From Candidatus Bathyarchaeota archaeon (lineage in GTDB: Archaea; Thermoproteota; Bathyarchaeia; Bathyarchaeales; Bathycorpusculaceae), in assembly GCA_963827165.1 (NCBI GenBank), contig CAWGZR010000005.1:704001-768000 (forward strand): 64,000 nucleotides of DNA. Reading direction: 5' to 3'. Position 1 is the first letter of the stretch. Each line of letters starts with the position of its first letter. Below, piece by piece: positions 17,979-28,868 of the stretch. The notes under the pieces were generated by a model, which ran no database searches, was not told where the DNA came from, and saw only the letters and a program-made list of their open reading frames with translations. The position numbers and the translations under genes were made by a program.

Positions 17979-19427
17979 CTACTTTATTTTAAGTAGTATT
18001 TTGGCGGTTTTCTTTGGGTGGCGCATTGCCCTTACGATTTTGGCTCTGGTAAAGGTGGGATTCGCCATGTTCGCTCTCATGCAAAGCTCTTGTAGGTCTT
18101 GGGCTGTGAACTCGGGTGTCTCAATCAGGGGTTCCGTGGCTGCTAGAGCGTAGTCGCAGAAGCCTTCTCTTAGGTAGCCACCTTGCTTGGCTTGTTCGTA
18201 GAGCGCAGTTCCGTAGATGGGCATAGCTATGCTAAATATGAGGCTGTCGGCTCCCAAGCTTCTGAGTTTGTAGGCGAATTTAATGGTTTGTTCGATGTCT
18301 GCTTTGGTTTCGCCGATTAAGCCTAAGACGAAGAAACAGCCGACTTTGATGCCGACTTTCTTGCACAGGATGACTGCCCTCTCAACAGCTTTCAAATCTA
18401 AGCTTTTCCTAATAACCTCATCCACGACTCGTTGGACGCCTGATTCTGGTGCAACGCGGATTTTTTTGCAGCCCGCCCGCTTCATTTTCCGAAGCAGAGT
18501 TTCATCAAGCGTATCTGCCCGAATTCCGTTAGGGGTAAACCAATCGATGTGTAGGCCGCGCTCTACGATTTGGTCGCAAATGTCTGCCATGCGTTTCTTG
18601 TCAAGAGTCATGTTCTCGTCGTAGAAGTCAACCTGCTTGACCCCGAAAGTCTTCACGACCTGTTCGAGTTCGTCTACGACGTTTTTTGGGCTTCTGCCAC
18701 GCCACTGTCGACCCCAAACGATAAAGTTGGTACAGAAGACGCAGCTGTAGGGGCAACCCCTGCTCGTCGTTACGATGGTCCACGGTTTGCTTATCTCGCC
18801 TCGTAGCGGGTTTTCCTTGACCGCTTCGTTATAAACTTGCATGGGCAGCAAGTGTCTAGCGGGAAAAGGCAACGAATCTAAATCAGTAATAATCGATCGC
18901 GGACTCGTGTGCGTCGGCTTCCCGTTTTGCCAGAAAGCTAATCCATTGATGTTTCTAAAATCCTTCTTGCCCGCTTCCAATGCTTCGACGAGCTCAAAAA
19001 CTGTTTTCTCTGGTTCTCCAACTACGATAAAATCAACGTCTGGATTTTCAAGACAAGCCTCTGCACGGGCGGAAGGGTGCTGACCCATTAAAACCATGAC
19101 AATTCTTTTGTTAGTTGCCTTTACAGCGTGAACAACGTCAAACGCGGTTTTCGACCAACCCGAAAAGGGAATCTCCATGATAACGACGTCTGGTTTCCAT
19201 TTCCTGATACGTTCGGCGATGGTTTGGTCGCTTAAGCCGACGCGATATTTTGTTTCATCCAGCTCGGTGATATCTCTCCAGCCTTCGGTGGGCGCGTCTA
19301 TGATGGAGGCGGCATGCTTCTGTTCCAAGACAGCGGCAACCGACGCCAGCACGATAGGTGGGAACACGTTTGGTTTTCCCCACGCTCTTGGCTGGATTCG
19401 AGGCGGATTAATCAGGCAAACTCGCAT
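17979..19427 (-). CDS. Cobalamin-binding radical SAM protein #3
   Basis: 'MRVCLINPP', 'GQHPS', 'GEPE', 'SRGCPYSCVFC', 'APESG'. Confidence 0.92.
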   Translation of the reverse strand: MRVCLINPPRIQPRAWGKPNVFPPIVLASVAAVLEQKHAASIIDAPTEGWRDITELDETKYRVGLSDQTIAERIRKWKPDVVIMEIPFSGWSKTAFDVVHAVKATNKRIVMVLMGQHPSARAEACLENPDVDFIVVGEPEKTVFELVEALEAGKKDFRNINGLAFWQNGKPTHTSPRSIITDLDSLPFPARHLLPMQVYNEAVKENPLRGEISKPWTIVTTSRGCPYSCVFCTNFIVWGRQWRGRSPKNVVDELEQVVKTFGVKQVDFYDENMTLDKKRMADICDQIVERGLHIDWFTPNGIRADTLDETLLRKMKRAGCKKIRVAPESGVQRVVDEVIRKSLDLKAVERAVILCKKVGIKVGCFFVLGLIGETKADIEQTIKFAYKLRSLGADSLIFSIAMPIYGTALYEQAKQGGYLREGFCDYALAATEPLIETPEFTAQDLQELCMRANMANPTFTRAKIVRAMRHPKKTAKILLKIK

Positions 19428-19479
19428 GCTCGCACTTCTTAAGCCATAATACCGCGAGGGCTTTGATTAAAACTTTGCA

Positions 19480-20475
19480 CTAAATCGGCAAAAAGTATAG
19501 CCGCACACCGACGATAACGCCGACACAAATCAAACCCCATAGAACAATCGTCACATCCCGAATGCGGAGGGCACCCAAGATCTTTTCACCCGTCAACGGT
19601 TCTAGGCTGTCGCCTAGAATGTATTGTCCAGGCTTCTCCAACTGAATCCGCAGCGCGCCAGCCATCGCAGCCATCGGCCAACCGTGGTTCCTGCTAGGAG
19701 TTTTCTTATGGTCTCGGCGGGCGATTCTCCAGGCGTTTTTAGCGTCTTTGCGCAGTAGAACAGCCGATGCAATCATGAGCAGGGCAGTGAGACGTGTGGG
19801 GATGTAGTTGACGACTGTGTCGAGGTTTGCGCTGAACCAACCTGTGTTGATGTGATCTTTGTCTTTGAAGCCAACCATCCCGTCCAAAGTGTTGATTGCT
19901 CTAAAAGCGATGGCTCCTGTGACGCCAAATAGGGCGAAGGACATCATGGGTGAGAGTTTGAAATCAATGAGGTTTTCAGCCATGGATTCGATGACTGCGC
20001 TGCCCATCTGCGGTCCGTTTAGGTTTGTTGAATCCCTTCTTGAGAAGTGACTGTATTTCTTGGCTTCATCCACTTCGTCAACCTGAATTGCCTTCGCAAC
20101 GGCTTTTGCCCAGTCGGTTTCAAGCTTGATGCAGATGGTCATTTTCACAAGGATTATTGCGAGGAAGGCGTAGACAAAGATGCTGATGTATGTGTAGATT
20201 GCCCATAGCCCGAAGTAGGTTGGGATGGTGAAGGTGGCTATTACTGTGAGCCCCAAGAGGACACCCATGAATTTTTCTATTTTCGCGTTTGGATTCTTGA
20301 AGTAGGGTTCGATTTTCTTAGTGTATTTTCCCATAACGACGGTTGGATGCAGCTTGAAGTACCATTTGTCAGGGTAATTGGGCGAGGGGTCACCCACAGC
20401 CAAATCTAAGATGATTGCAAGAGCCATAATGGCTATGGCAACTAAGATGTTAAGGAGCTCTACGGGTGGCACCAA
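19480..20475 (-). CDS. cbiB: Adenosylcobinamide-phosphate synthase CbiB
   Basis: 'DLAVGDP...HP', 'ESMAEN', 'RAINTLDGMVG', 'NYIPTRL', 'SRNHGWPMAAMAGAL..QLEKPG.Y'. Confidence 0.88.
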   Translation of the reverse strand: MVPPVELLNILVAIAIMALAIILDLAVGDPSPNYPDKWYFKLHPTVVMGKYTKKIEPYFKNPNAKIEKFMGVLLGLTVIATFTIPTYFGLWAIYTYISIFVYAFLAIILVKMTICIKLETDWAKAVAKAIQVDEVDEAKKYSHFSRRDSTNLNGPQMGSAVIESMAENLIDFKLSPMMSFALFGVTGAIAFRAINTLDGMVGFKDKDHINTGWFSANLDTVVNYIPTRLTALLMIASAVLLRKDAKNAWRIARRDHKKTPSRNHGWPMAAMAGALRIQLEKPGQYILGDSLEPLTGEKILGALRIRDVTIVLWGLICVGVIVGVRLYFLPI

Positions 20476-20576
20476 CCAAGATTAGGCTAAACATTGCGGC
20501 AAAAACTAATATCAATTACGGTTAAGAAAGAAAAACACCCTTCTCGCTACACTAATCCTGCGGTTGCTCGCCGCTT

Positions 20577-21959
20577 TTATTTGCCGAGTTTAAGCTTGGT
20601 GTACGCATAAAGGTTGTATGCGACAACCATTGCTGTGTTGAGTTTGAATCTTCTTCTTTTGTCGAAGTAGTATCCTCGTCGCAGGTAGAAGTGCATGTAT
20701 GCGGCTTGCCGTAGCTTAGAGAGTTCTTTCATGCTCATGGTCGGAGTTTCGAAGATGGGGTGGCAGGTATCGTACATGTCAAAATCCGTGATGCGGAGCC
20801 AGCCTTTTTCCTTTACGTTGTCGTACATCGGAGTTCCTGGAAACGGGGTTGCTACATTGTAGAAGCCTGTGTCGTGAGGAGATATTTTTTCGATGAAACG
20901 GATGGTTTTCCAAGCGCTTTCCTTGGTTTCACCTGGGAAGCCTAAGATAACGTTGGGGATAGGTGTCATTCCTAGCTCTTCGAGCCATCCCAAAACTTTC
21001 ATGGTTAATTCAGGGGTGATTCCTTTTTTCATGGCGTCAAGGACCTGCTGGCTGCCTGATTCGACGCCGAACCAAACGGTGATGCAGCCTGCGTTCTTCA
21101 TTTTGACAAGCAACTCTTTGGTCAGCATGTCAACGCGGGTCCCGCAGTTCCACTCGATTTTCAAGCCGCGCTTGGTGATTTCGTTGCAAAGCTCCTCTGT
21201 TCGGGGTTGATCGACGGTGAAGGCGTCGTCGCAGAATGTGAATTTGCTGATTCCATAGGTTTTGTGAAGAAGCTCGATTTCGTCTACGACGTTTTTTGGG
21301 CTTCTCATGCGGTATTTGCGTCCGTGCATTCGTACTGTTGAGCAGAATTCGCACCAATAAACACAGCCTCGGCTTGTCGCGAGGTAGAGTATGTCTTCCA
21401 TTTCTCGGAAACGTTCCATGGGCCAGAGGTGACGGGCCGGAAAGGGCAGGTTATCCAAGTCTTCAATGTATGGACGGTCGGGATTCCGCACGATTTTTCC
21501 ATCTTTTCGGCAGGTTGTCCCAATCACATCGTCGAACCCTGTGCCTTTTTCAACTCTTTGTGCCAACTCCAAAAGCGTGTATTCGCCTTCGCGTCTGACA
21601 ACAACGTCCAGTTGCGGGCATTCTTCAAGCGATTTATCATCCCAGAAAGTAACGTGGGCGCCTCCAGCTACGGTTATGCAGTTGGGGCAAGCCTCCTTTG
21701 CGATCTTAACCAACTTCATCGCCGTGTTATACGTCAAAGTGGACGATGTGAACCCCACGATATCGGGTTGACGCTTAGCGATTTCGGCTCTGAAATCTTC
21801 AAACGACAACTTGAGCACCTGGCAATCGATTACATCGACTGGAAACTGGTTTTTCTCCAGTACCGCACCTAAATATCCCAGACCTAAAAGCGCAAACGGC
21901 AGATGCATTACAGCCATAGCTGGCGCCGCGGGGTTAACTAGGGTTACATGAGGCTTCAT
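20577..21959 (-). CDS. Cobalamin-binding radical SAM protein #4
   Basis: 'LGLGYLGAVL', 'GGAHVTFWD', 'SRGCVYWCEFC', 'GVESG', 'TPFPGT'; ATG 21959 (TTG 21986 alternative). Confidence 0.92.
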   Translation of the reverse strand: MKPHVTLVNPAAPAMAVMHLPFALLGLGYLGAVLEKNQFPVDVIDCQVLKLSFEDFRAEIAKRQPDIVGFTSSTLTYNTAMKLVKIAKEACPNCITVAGGAHVTFWDDKSLEECPQLDVVVRREGEYTLLELAQRVEKGTGFDDVIGTTCRKDGKIVRNPDRPYIEDLDNLPFPARHLWPMERFREMEDILYLATSRGCVYWCEFCSTVRMHGRKYRMRSPKNVVDEIELLHKTYGISKFTFCDDAFTVDQPRTEELCNEITKRGLKIEWNCGTRVDMLTKELLVKMKNAGCITVWFGVESGSQQVLDAMKKGITPELTMKVLGWLEELGMTPIPNVILGFPGETKESAWKTIRFIEKISPHDTGFYNVATPFPGTPMYDNVKEKGWLRITDFDMYDTCHPIFETPTMSMKELSKLRQAAYMHFYLRRGYYFDKRRRFKLNTAMVVAYNLYAYTKLKLGK

Positions 21960-22060
21960 TTTCTGCGTCACTGTTTGACCCTTCAAAAAGATCTGTTTGA
22001 TGCTTAAACATTTCGCATTTTCGGGGCAAAAAGTGGTGAAGGAAATTTTTGACGGATTTC

Positions 22061-23083
22061 TTATTTGTCAGGCCAATATTTCGGTTTCATGTATTGGCTT
22101 TCAATCAATGAGGGAAACAGGTTTAGGGGCCATGCGGGCGGAACGGGCGTCAAATATACTTCCACTGTTTCTACGCCGGCGATCCTTAGGATTTTGCCGT
22201 AAACCTCAAACAGCTTCTCAAAATCTTCCAAAGGAATCGCACAGTACAAATCGTATGTGCCCATCTGTCTGATAATGACTATTACATTTGGGATCTGAAG
22301 CAGATGCGAATATATTTCCGGCATTTTGCTTCGGTTAGAAACTTTCACGAAAACGCTGCCGAGCGCTTTGTAACCGAGCCTGCTCAAATTGATCGTTACA
22401 GTTGAGCGCGTTAACAAGTTTCCTCTTAGCTTCTTGTAGCGTTGGATGACGGTTTTGCTTGAAATATTCAACTGTGACGCGATGCTTTTGAAGGATGTGC
22501 GGGAGTTTTCAGTTAGAATCAACGCGATTTTCTTATCCGTTTCATCAAACTCACATTGAGGCTGAGCATGATTAATCGGAGTGGACTCTTGCATGATTTT
22601 TTGAGGCGTCTCTCGATCCAGCGGTTTGATAATTAGGTTTTGGGGGTACTCGACGTTCACGGCTTCTGCCCAAATAAAAACGTCAACGTGTTGGACGTTG
22701 GCGTTTGACTCCAGATCCTGAATTATGTCATGCAGTTTGTTTAGGTCACGCAGGGCGACTTTTCCCCAAAAACTGTAGTGCCCCAGGGGCCCTATTAACT
22801 CCCCTATGTATGGTTTGCTTTCAAGAAACGCTTTGACCTCTTTTTCGTTTTCAAGTGAAGTCATCATTCCCAAATCTGCGATGTGAGGGTAACCAAGGCA
22901 GTGGGGGTTAACCAGCATTTTTTCGCCATTTATTACGCCGTCCCGCCATAGGCGTTTGTAACGCATTCGAACAGCTGTCACGGTAATTTTGCATTCCTCC
23001 GCAATGTCGGTAAAGCTTGTTCGTGACTCCAAAAGTAGGATTTTCAGAATTTTTGCATCAATTTCATCTATTCTTGCCGCCAA
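22061..23083 (-). CDS. Tandem (double) Lrp/AsnC-family transcriptional regulator
   Basis: Two HTH units ('IDEIDAKILKILL.ESRTSF', 'FDETDKKIALIL.ENSRTSF'), each followed by a RAM-like domain. Confidence 0.88.
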   Translation of the reverse strand: MAARIDEIDAKILKILLLESRTSFTDIAEECKITVTAVRMRYKRLWRDGVINGEKMLVNPHCLGYPHIADLGMMTSLENEKEVKAFLESKPYIGELIGPLGHYSFWGKVALRDLNKLHDIIQDLESNANVQHVDVFIWAEAVNVEYPQNLIIKPLDRETPQKIMQESTPINHAQPQCEFDETDKKIALILTENSRTSFKSIASQLNISSKTVIQRYKKLRGNLLTRSTVTINLSRLGYKALGSVFVKVSNRSKMPEIYSHLLQIPNVIVIIRQMGTYDLYCAIPLEDFEKLFEVYGKILRIAGVETVEVYLTPVPPAWPLNLFPSLIESQYMKPKYWPDK

Positions 23084-23156
23084 TTCGCCGTACCTTTAAG
23101 ATGTTGAAATCGTTAGAGCCAAACACCTTGGCGTTTTATTTAAGATTTCTCGTTAC

Positions 23157-23302
23157 AAAGTTACATACATGTGAATTTTGGCTCCGCAAACCCTCTTCAG
23201 AGCAAAAAAAGCCAGTTTCAAATCTAATGCTGAACAAAAAATCTTATACCCGCTAAATTTCGTAACTCCATAAAGTTACATAGGGCTTGCTTGGCTCCCA
23301 AA
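23157..23302. promoter_or_regulatory. Putative operator: direct repeats plus palindrome between the Lrp gene and the 911-aa gene
   Basis: AAAGTTACATA...TTGGCTCC at 23157 and 23272; GTAACT-N6-AGTTAC at 23262-23279. Confidence 0.4.
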
Positions 23303-23578
23303 CAATACATAAACGCTTACCTTCACCGGCAATTCGGCTAAAACATTCACAAAAACGCTGACTGCAGATTCCAAAATTCAAGTTCTGCTTAAAATCAATT
23401 GGCTCAAATAAAAGTCTTTGACATTCCGGGTCAGTTTTTTAGTGTATACTTTGAATCTTAAATATTTAAAAAAACAACTTTCTCGCGGCAAAAGAAGCGC
23501 CAATTTGTATGCTCAGCAATAAACTTATAAGTAAATTTATCCGTAGATATAACTACCAATTTTAAGGAGAAAGAAAAA

Positions 23579-26314
23579 ATGCAAATTGGAAAAAACAAAA
23601 TAATTACTCTCGCAATTACGGTGCTATTCATATTCTCAATGAGCGCTTCAATGATGCTAATACCCTCTGTAAACGCACATACACCCGCATGGACTATTCC
23701 AACCTACGCTTATATCACTATATCACCCAATCCAGTCGGCGTCGGCCAGCAAGCGTACGTAATCATGTTTCTTGACAAGCTATATGACAACACACTATCA
23801 ATTAACAACTATCGATTCCATAATTACCAACTGGTTATTACGGCTCCAGACGGTACAAACACAACAGAAAGTTTCCCAGTGATTCAAGACACGACATCCG
23901 CACAAGACTATGCCTTCACACCAAACACTGTTGGCACCTACACGTTAACATTCATATTCCCAGGACAGACATTAACTCTTGCCAACGATGCTAATTCTGA
24001 AGCCACACTTTTTGGTCCACCAACTTTTCCGAACCCATACATCAATGATACCTATGCACCAAGCAGCGCAACGACAACTCTTACCGTGCAATCTTCACCC
24101 GTCCCAACAGCGACCGCAAGCGGCCCGCTGCCAACAGCATACTGGACTCGTCCAATATACGGCGAGAACAGCTATTGGTACACCCTCTCGTCAAACTGGC
24201 TAGGCACTGGAAGCCCAGGCTACTCAGGCTTTGGCGGGACTTCAAACCAGCAGTCATTCCCAGGCGATGCAGTCGGGTCTCTAACCAGCCATGTCATGTG
24301 GACTAAACAGCTTCAAAGCGGCGGAGTCGTCGGAGGAAACACAGTTGCTATTCCAGCAAACACCTACTTCGAAGGATCGGCATACAGCCAAAGATACACC
24401 AACCCAATAATCGTCGACGGAATGCTCATCTACACCAACCCGATAGGCTGGTCTGATGTCCCTGGAGGAACCGGTGGGCAAGGATACGGAGCGACAACCT
24501 GCGTTGACCTACAAACAGGGCAGACACTTTGGACTAACCCTACCATGAAAGCATTAAGCTTTGCTTACATATATGATGCTGAAGACCCTAACCAGCACGG
24601 CGTTTGGCCACCAGTGCTAATATCTTCAACTGCCTCCAACGGTGGTATCTTTGGAGCCGGGGCAGGCAATTGGTATGCATATGACGCCGACACAGGAACG
24701 TCGATTTTCAACATAACCAATGTTCCAGGCGGTGCAACGATGCTCGGACCATCAGGCGAATTCCTCGTCGATAACATAGTAAGCTACGGGCCAATCACCA
24801 TGGGTCCATTCGGTCCATCACATTCAGGAGCTCCATATTACTTGCAAGAATGGAATTCATCCAAACTATGGGACAGCACATATTCCGGTGCTTCAACAGT
24901 TCCAGGCCTAATTCCGACATATACCGACGGAAGCAATCCTGCCCTACTAGACTTTAACATCTCAATACCCTCATTACAAGCCGCACCAACGATACAAGAT
25001 GCTTTCTACAACAAAATGTTGATTGTCTCAACGGGCACTTTCCCAGGCGGTCCTTTTGAAACATTCTCATCAGATAGCTGGACACCTTACACATACTACG
25101 GCATAAGCGTCGCATCAGGCAGCATCGGCAATGTTCTATGGACTAACACGGTCACACCACCCGCAGGAAACATTACAGTAGAACCAGGACCCGCAGATCC
25201 AACAGCTGACGGCGGTCACGGAGTCTTCACAGAAGGATACAAAGAAACTACGCAGTTCGTAGGCTACAGCATGTCGACAGGTCAGAAGATTTGGGGTCCG
25301 ACCCAAATGATGGCGCCTCTTGACTACTACGGCAACCCAGCAATTCCAATCATTGGAGGAGTTGCAGCCAACGGAAAACTCTACAGCACAGGCTACGCAG
25401 GAATACTCTACTGCTGGGACATCACAACTGGCGACCTATTGTTTACGTGGGGGAACGGCCCATCAGGCTCAACCAACAGTTCATACGCTGGCTTTAACAC
25501 TCCATTCGGTGTATACCCAATGCAAATCAACGCTATTGGCAACGGCATAGTGTACATGGTTACAACAGAGCACACAATTGAAACACCACTATTCAAGGGA
25601 GGATTTACATCAGCTGTTAACGCGACAACTGGCCAACTTATCTGGACACTCTCAGACTACACAGGCGAATTCTTCACAACTTCATATGCAATGGCAGACG
25701 GCTATAACACCTGGTTCAACGGCTATGACAACTCAATCTACGTTGTAGGCAGAGGACCAAGTCAAACAACCGTCGACGCACCAAACGTTGCAACAACAAT
25801 CGGCGTACCAGTAGTGATACGCGGCAGCGTATTAGACACTGCAACCGGAACACAGGGAACACAGCAGAAAGGCGATTTTCCAAACGGCGTTCCATGCGCA
25901 TCTGATGCAAGCATGACCGCATGGATGGGATACGTGTACCAGCAACAAGCAATGCCAACCAACTTTACAGGTGTTAAAGTGCAACTCTCGGTCTTAGACT
26001 CTAACGGAAACCACTACTCAATAGGAACCACAACAACTGACACGAGCGGTATGTACACTCTCAGCTATACACCCACAATCTCAGGCAACTACACAGTATA
26101 CGCCACATTCGCAGGAACCAACGGGTACTGGCCATCATCAGCAGAAACAAGCTTCGTAGCAACCGGAGCGCACGCAACCGAAGCGCCAACCGCAACACCT
26201 ACAACCGGATTAGCAAGTGAATCAACAGTTGAATACGTAGGCATCGCAATCATCATTGTGATAATAATAATCGGCGCAGTATTAGCCCTCTTGATGATGC
26301 GAAAACACCCATAA
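23579..26314 (+). CDS. Large secreted, membrane-anchored surface protein (Ig-like domain + PQQ-like propeller + C-terminal beta domain)
   Basis: GGAGA RBS, signal peptide, Thr/Gly-rich, propeller repeats (DLQTGQTLW, DITTGDLLF, NATTGQLIW), many NxS/T sequons, C-terminal TM + RK. Confidence 0.85.
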   Translation: MQIGKNKIITLAITVLFIFSMSASMMLIPSVNAHTPAWTIPTYAYITISPNPVGVGQQAYVIMFLDKLYDNTLSINNYRFHNYQLVITAPDGTNTTESFPVIQDTTSAQDYAFTPNTVGTYTLTFIFPGQTLTLANDANSEATLFGPPTFPNPYINDTYAPSSATTTLTVQSSPVPTATASGPLPTAYWTRPIYGENSYWYTLSSNWLGTGSPGYSGFGGTSNQQSFPGDAVGSLTSHVMWTKQLQSGGVVGGNTVAIPANTYFEGSAYSQRYTNPIIVDGMLIYTNPIGWSDVPGGTGGQGYGATTCVDLQTGQTLWTNPTMKALSFAYIYDAEDPNQHGVWPPVLISSTASNGGIFGAGAGNWYAYDADTGTSIFNITNVPGGATMLGPSGEFLVDNIVSYGPITMGPFGPSHSGAPYYLQEWNSSKLWDSTYSGASTVPGLIPTYTDGSNPALLDFNISIPSLQAAPTIQDAFYNKMLIVSTGTFPGGPFETFSSDSWTPYTYYGISVASGSIGNVLWTNTVTPPAGNITVEPGPADPTADGGHGVFTEGYKETTQFVGYSMSTGQKIWGPTQMMAPLDYYGNPAIPIIGGVAANGKLYSTGYAGILYCWDITTGDLLFTWGNGPSGSTNSSYAGFNTPFGVYPMQINAIGNGIVYMVTTEHTIETPLFKGGFTSAVNATTGQLIWTLSDYTGEFFTTSYAMADGYNTWFNGYDNSIYVVGRGPSQTTVDAPNVATTIGVPVVIRGSVLDTATGTQGTQQKGDFPNGVPCASDASMTAWMGYVYQQQAMPTNFTGVKVQLSVLDSNGNHYSIGTTTTDTSGMYTLSYTPTISGNYTVYATFAGTNGYWPSSAETSFVATGAHATEAPTATPTTGLASESTVEYVGIAIIIVIIIIGAVLALLMMRKHP

Positions 26315-26323
26315 AACAGCCAC

Positions 26324-26356
26324 GGGAAAACCATTTTCCCTCTCTTTTCTTTTTTT
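26324..26356 (+). terminator. Hairpin plus oligo-T terminator
   Basis: GGGAAAA-CCA-TTTTCCC followed by TCTCTTTTCTTTTTTT just after the stop. Confidence 0.6.
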
Positions 26357-26398
26357 AAACTTTATCGAAGGATTTTTTCAAATTATTTAAATCTTGAA

Positions 26399-27259
26399 AT
26401 GCGTTTATTGGCAAGGCTAACCCGCCATAGATGGGATTACACTTTGCCTCAAGACCTGACGCTTAAAGAAAAAATTCATCGAGCAAACATACACGTTCAC
26501 CATCTTGAAGCACAATACTACGAACTGCTCCACCCTGAAGTGTACTCCAAGCAAGAACAAAAAAGAACGACTGCGAAGCTCCAAGAAGTTGATAAGCTTA
26601 TCACCGACAACCACAGAGTCGCTCTGGATGTCGGGGCAGGTACCGGAAACCTAACGGGCAAACTTCTACATATGGGTTACACCGTCACCGCCGTGGACAT
26701 TTCACAAGAAATGTGCGCAATCCTCCCCAAAAAATACCCTGCCTATCTCAAAAATGAAAAGTTGAAGGTGATTTGCGCACCCATTGAGGAGATGGATTTT
26801 GAAGAACAACAATTTGACGCTATCACATGCTACTCCGTGCTTCATCATCTACCCGACTACATTTACGCCCTCCGCTGCCTCTCAGTTTTCCTAAAGAAGG
26901 GCGGAGTTATGTACCTCGACCATGAAGCATCCCCTTTCTACTGGAAAAACGAACCCAGCATGCTTTCCAGCCTCGTGAAAGGGATATATCTGCACTCAAA
27001 TCCTCTGCTTAACAGCTTGTACTTTCAAATAACCGGGTTAAGAGTACCCTCAATAGATTACGAGCTTTCGGATTATTGGCATAAAAAAGAGCACGCCCTA
27101 AACCACGGGAGCATAAAGCAATTGTTCAAAGATGAAAAATATCAGTTTTCAAAACGTACTGATTACTACGAAACCAGCACTTGGATTCCCAGCCCACTTT
27201 CCTTCATTTACCGCCTTCTATGTAGCCCTGAAATGAGCTGTTGGACAGCTAAAAAATAA
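26399..27259 (+). CDS. Class I SAM-dependent methyltransferase
   Basis: 'ALDVGAGTG', 'VDIS', 'FDAITCYSVLHHL', 'LKKGG'. Confidence 0.88.
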   Translation: MRLLARLTRHRWDYTLPQDLTLKEKIHRANIHVHHLEAQYYELLHPEVYSKQEQKRTTAKLQEVDKLITDNHRVALDVGAGTGNLTGKLLHMGYTVTAVDISQEMCAILPKKYPAYLKNEKLKVICAPIEEMDFEEQQFDAITCYSVLHHLPDYIYALRCLSVFLKKGGVMYLDHEASPFYWKNEPSMLSSLVKGIYLHSNPLLNSLYFQITGLRVPSIDYELSDYWHKKEHALNHGSIKQLFKDEKYQFSKRTDYYETSTWIPSPLSFIYRLLCSPEMSCWTAKK

Positions 27260-28636
27260 CTACGCGATTCCAACGTTTTGGTGAGCTTTTGGGTTCAATC
27301 TTCTTTTTGCGAAGTTAAAGGCGCCTTCACGTTTTACCCGCTTCATTATTTGTTTTGGCGAGCGGTGGAAATCTATGAAGAATCTTCTTTGAATTTTTAG
27401 CAGGGAGTTGTAGTCAAACTCTTTGGTTTTTACAGCTAGCAGAAAATCGTCAAGCTTGACATAACTATTTGAATCTAAGACTTCCTGATAGAGCCTGCTA
27501 TCTGGGTTTGCAATGAAGATGTTAAATATACACCAGTCGGGACTCAGTTTTTTAGCGAACTTCAACGACATTTCCATATCTTTGAGCGTCTCGTCTGGGA
27601 CACCCAGCATGAATGAGCAGGCTGTTTTTATGCCATTTTTGCTGCAAAGCTTGAAGGCGGTTTCTATCTGCTCAAGAGTTGTGTTTCGCCCGATCCGCTG
27701 TAGAATCCTCTGCGACCCCGACTCCACGCCGAACCAGATTGTTTTGCATCCCGCTTTGCTCATGGTCTCCAAAAGTTCCTGGTTAACTAAATCCACGCGG
27801 GTGTCACATACCCATTCTAAATCTAGATTATTCTCAACCATCAGATTGCAAAGTTCGATGGTTTGTTTCTTTCTGAGTGTAAAGTTGTCGTTGATGAAGT
27901 AAATTCCTTTTGTGCCATACTTGCTTTGCAAATCCTTTATTTCCCCGATGACCCGCTGTGGACTGAATGCTCGGCAGATGTTTCCCCAGAGTTTTTTTGT
28001 TTCGCAGAAGCCGCAGTTGTAGACGCATCCCCGTGAGATGCTCATTATGTCGGCGGGTTTAACGTTGAGGTACTCAACGGTTCTGTCGTAAAGTTCGAGC
28101 TTTAACAGGTGCCTTGCGGGATAAGGAATTTCATCCATGTTTTCGATGAATTTTGGCGGGTTTTTGATGTTTTTGCCTTGACGTTTGCATGCGACTCCAG
28201 GTATTGTCATGGCGGCTTGTTCATTGCCGTTTGTTATGCATGTAGCTAGTTCCGTTATTGCGCGTTCGCCTTCGCCCATAACAACGTAGTCGATTTCAGG
28301 GTTGTCCAGCAAACTGTCGGGAACGTAAGAGGCGTGCCATCCGCCAACGATTATCTTACAATCAGGTAGGGTTTCCTTGATGGCTTTGGCGGTTTCTGTA
28401 CAGCGCGAATAGGTGGCTGACCCACAGGTGATGCCAACAATTTGAGGTTTAAGATTGAACACCAGCTGTTTTACTTCGCTGATGGGGTTTTTCATAAGGT
28501 AGTTGTCGAGCATCTGCACTTCGAAGCCTGCTTTTTCCAGTGCCGCGGCAACATACATTAAACCTATAGGAGGCAACCGTTTGCCAAGGTACCATGCGCC
28601 GTTTTCGGGAGGAGCCGTTGTCATTAAAAGAATCAA
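27260..28636 (-). CDS. Cobalamin-binding radical SAM protein #5
   Basis: 'PPIGLMYVAA', 'GGWHAS', 'SRGCVYNCGFC', 'GVESG'. Confidence 0.92.
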   Translation of the reverse strand: MILLMTTAPPENGAWYLGKRLPPIGLMYVAAALEKAGFEVQMLDNYLMKNPISEVKQLVFNLKPQIVGITCGSATYSRCTETAKAIKETLPDCKIIVGGWHASYVPDSLLDNPEIDYVVMGEGERAITELATCITNGNEQAAMTIPGVACKRQGKNIKNPPKFIENMDEIPYPARHLLKLELYDRTVEYLNVKPADIMSISRGCVYNCGFCETKKLWGNICRAFSPQRVIGEIKDLQSKYGTKGIYFINDNFTLRKKQTIELCNLMVENNLDLEWVCDTRVDLVNQELLETMSKAGCKTIWFGVESGSQRILQRIGRNTTLEQIETAFKLCSKNGIKTACSFMLGVPDETLKDMEMSLKFAKKLSPDWCIFNIFIANPDSRLYQEVLDSNSYVKLDDFLLAVKTKEFDYNSLLKIQRRFFIDFHRSPKQIMKRVKREGAFNFAKRRLNPKAHQNVGIA

Positions 28637-28868
28637 ATTAGTTTTCTCCTTCTGTGAAACTTTGCAATCTAAGCAGCACGTTTTGTCTCCCTGTAAACGT
28701 TTGCTTACTTTGATTAAACCCGCGTTTATAGGTTTAACTGAACCTACGTTTAGGAGTGTTTGTTATTTGTTTTTGCTGTTTTCTGAAAGCAAAGCCTGTG
28801 GTTGCAGATGTTTATGAAAAGGTTTATAGCCCTTCCGAGTGCCTTTTCCAGAACGAAGAGGGGTAAAG

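Noticed and set aside
7639-26314. PQQ-dependent dehydrogenases or PQQ biosynthesis
   Set aside because: The repeats are of the structural BamB-like type; no pqqA-D genes or quinoprotein catalytic signatures were recognised
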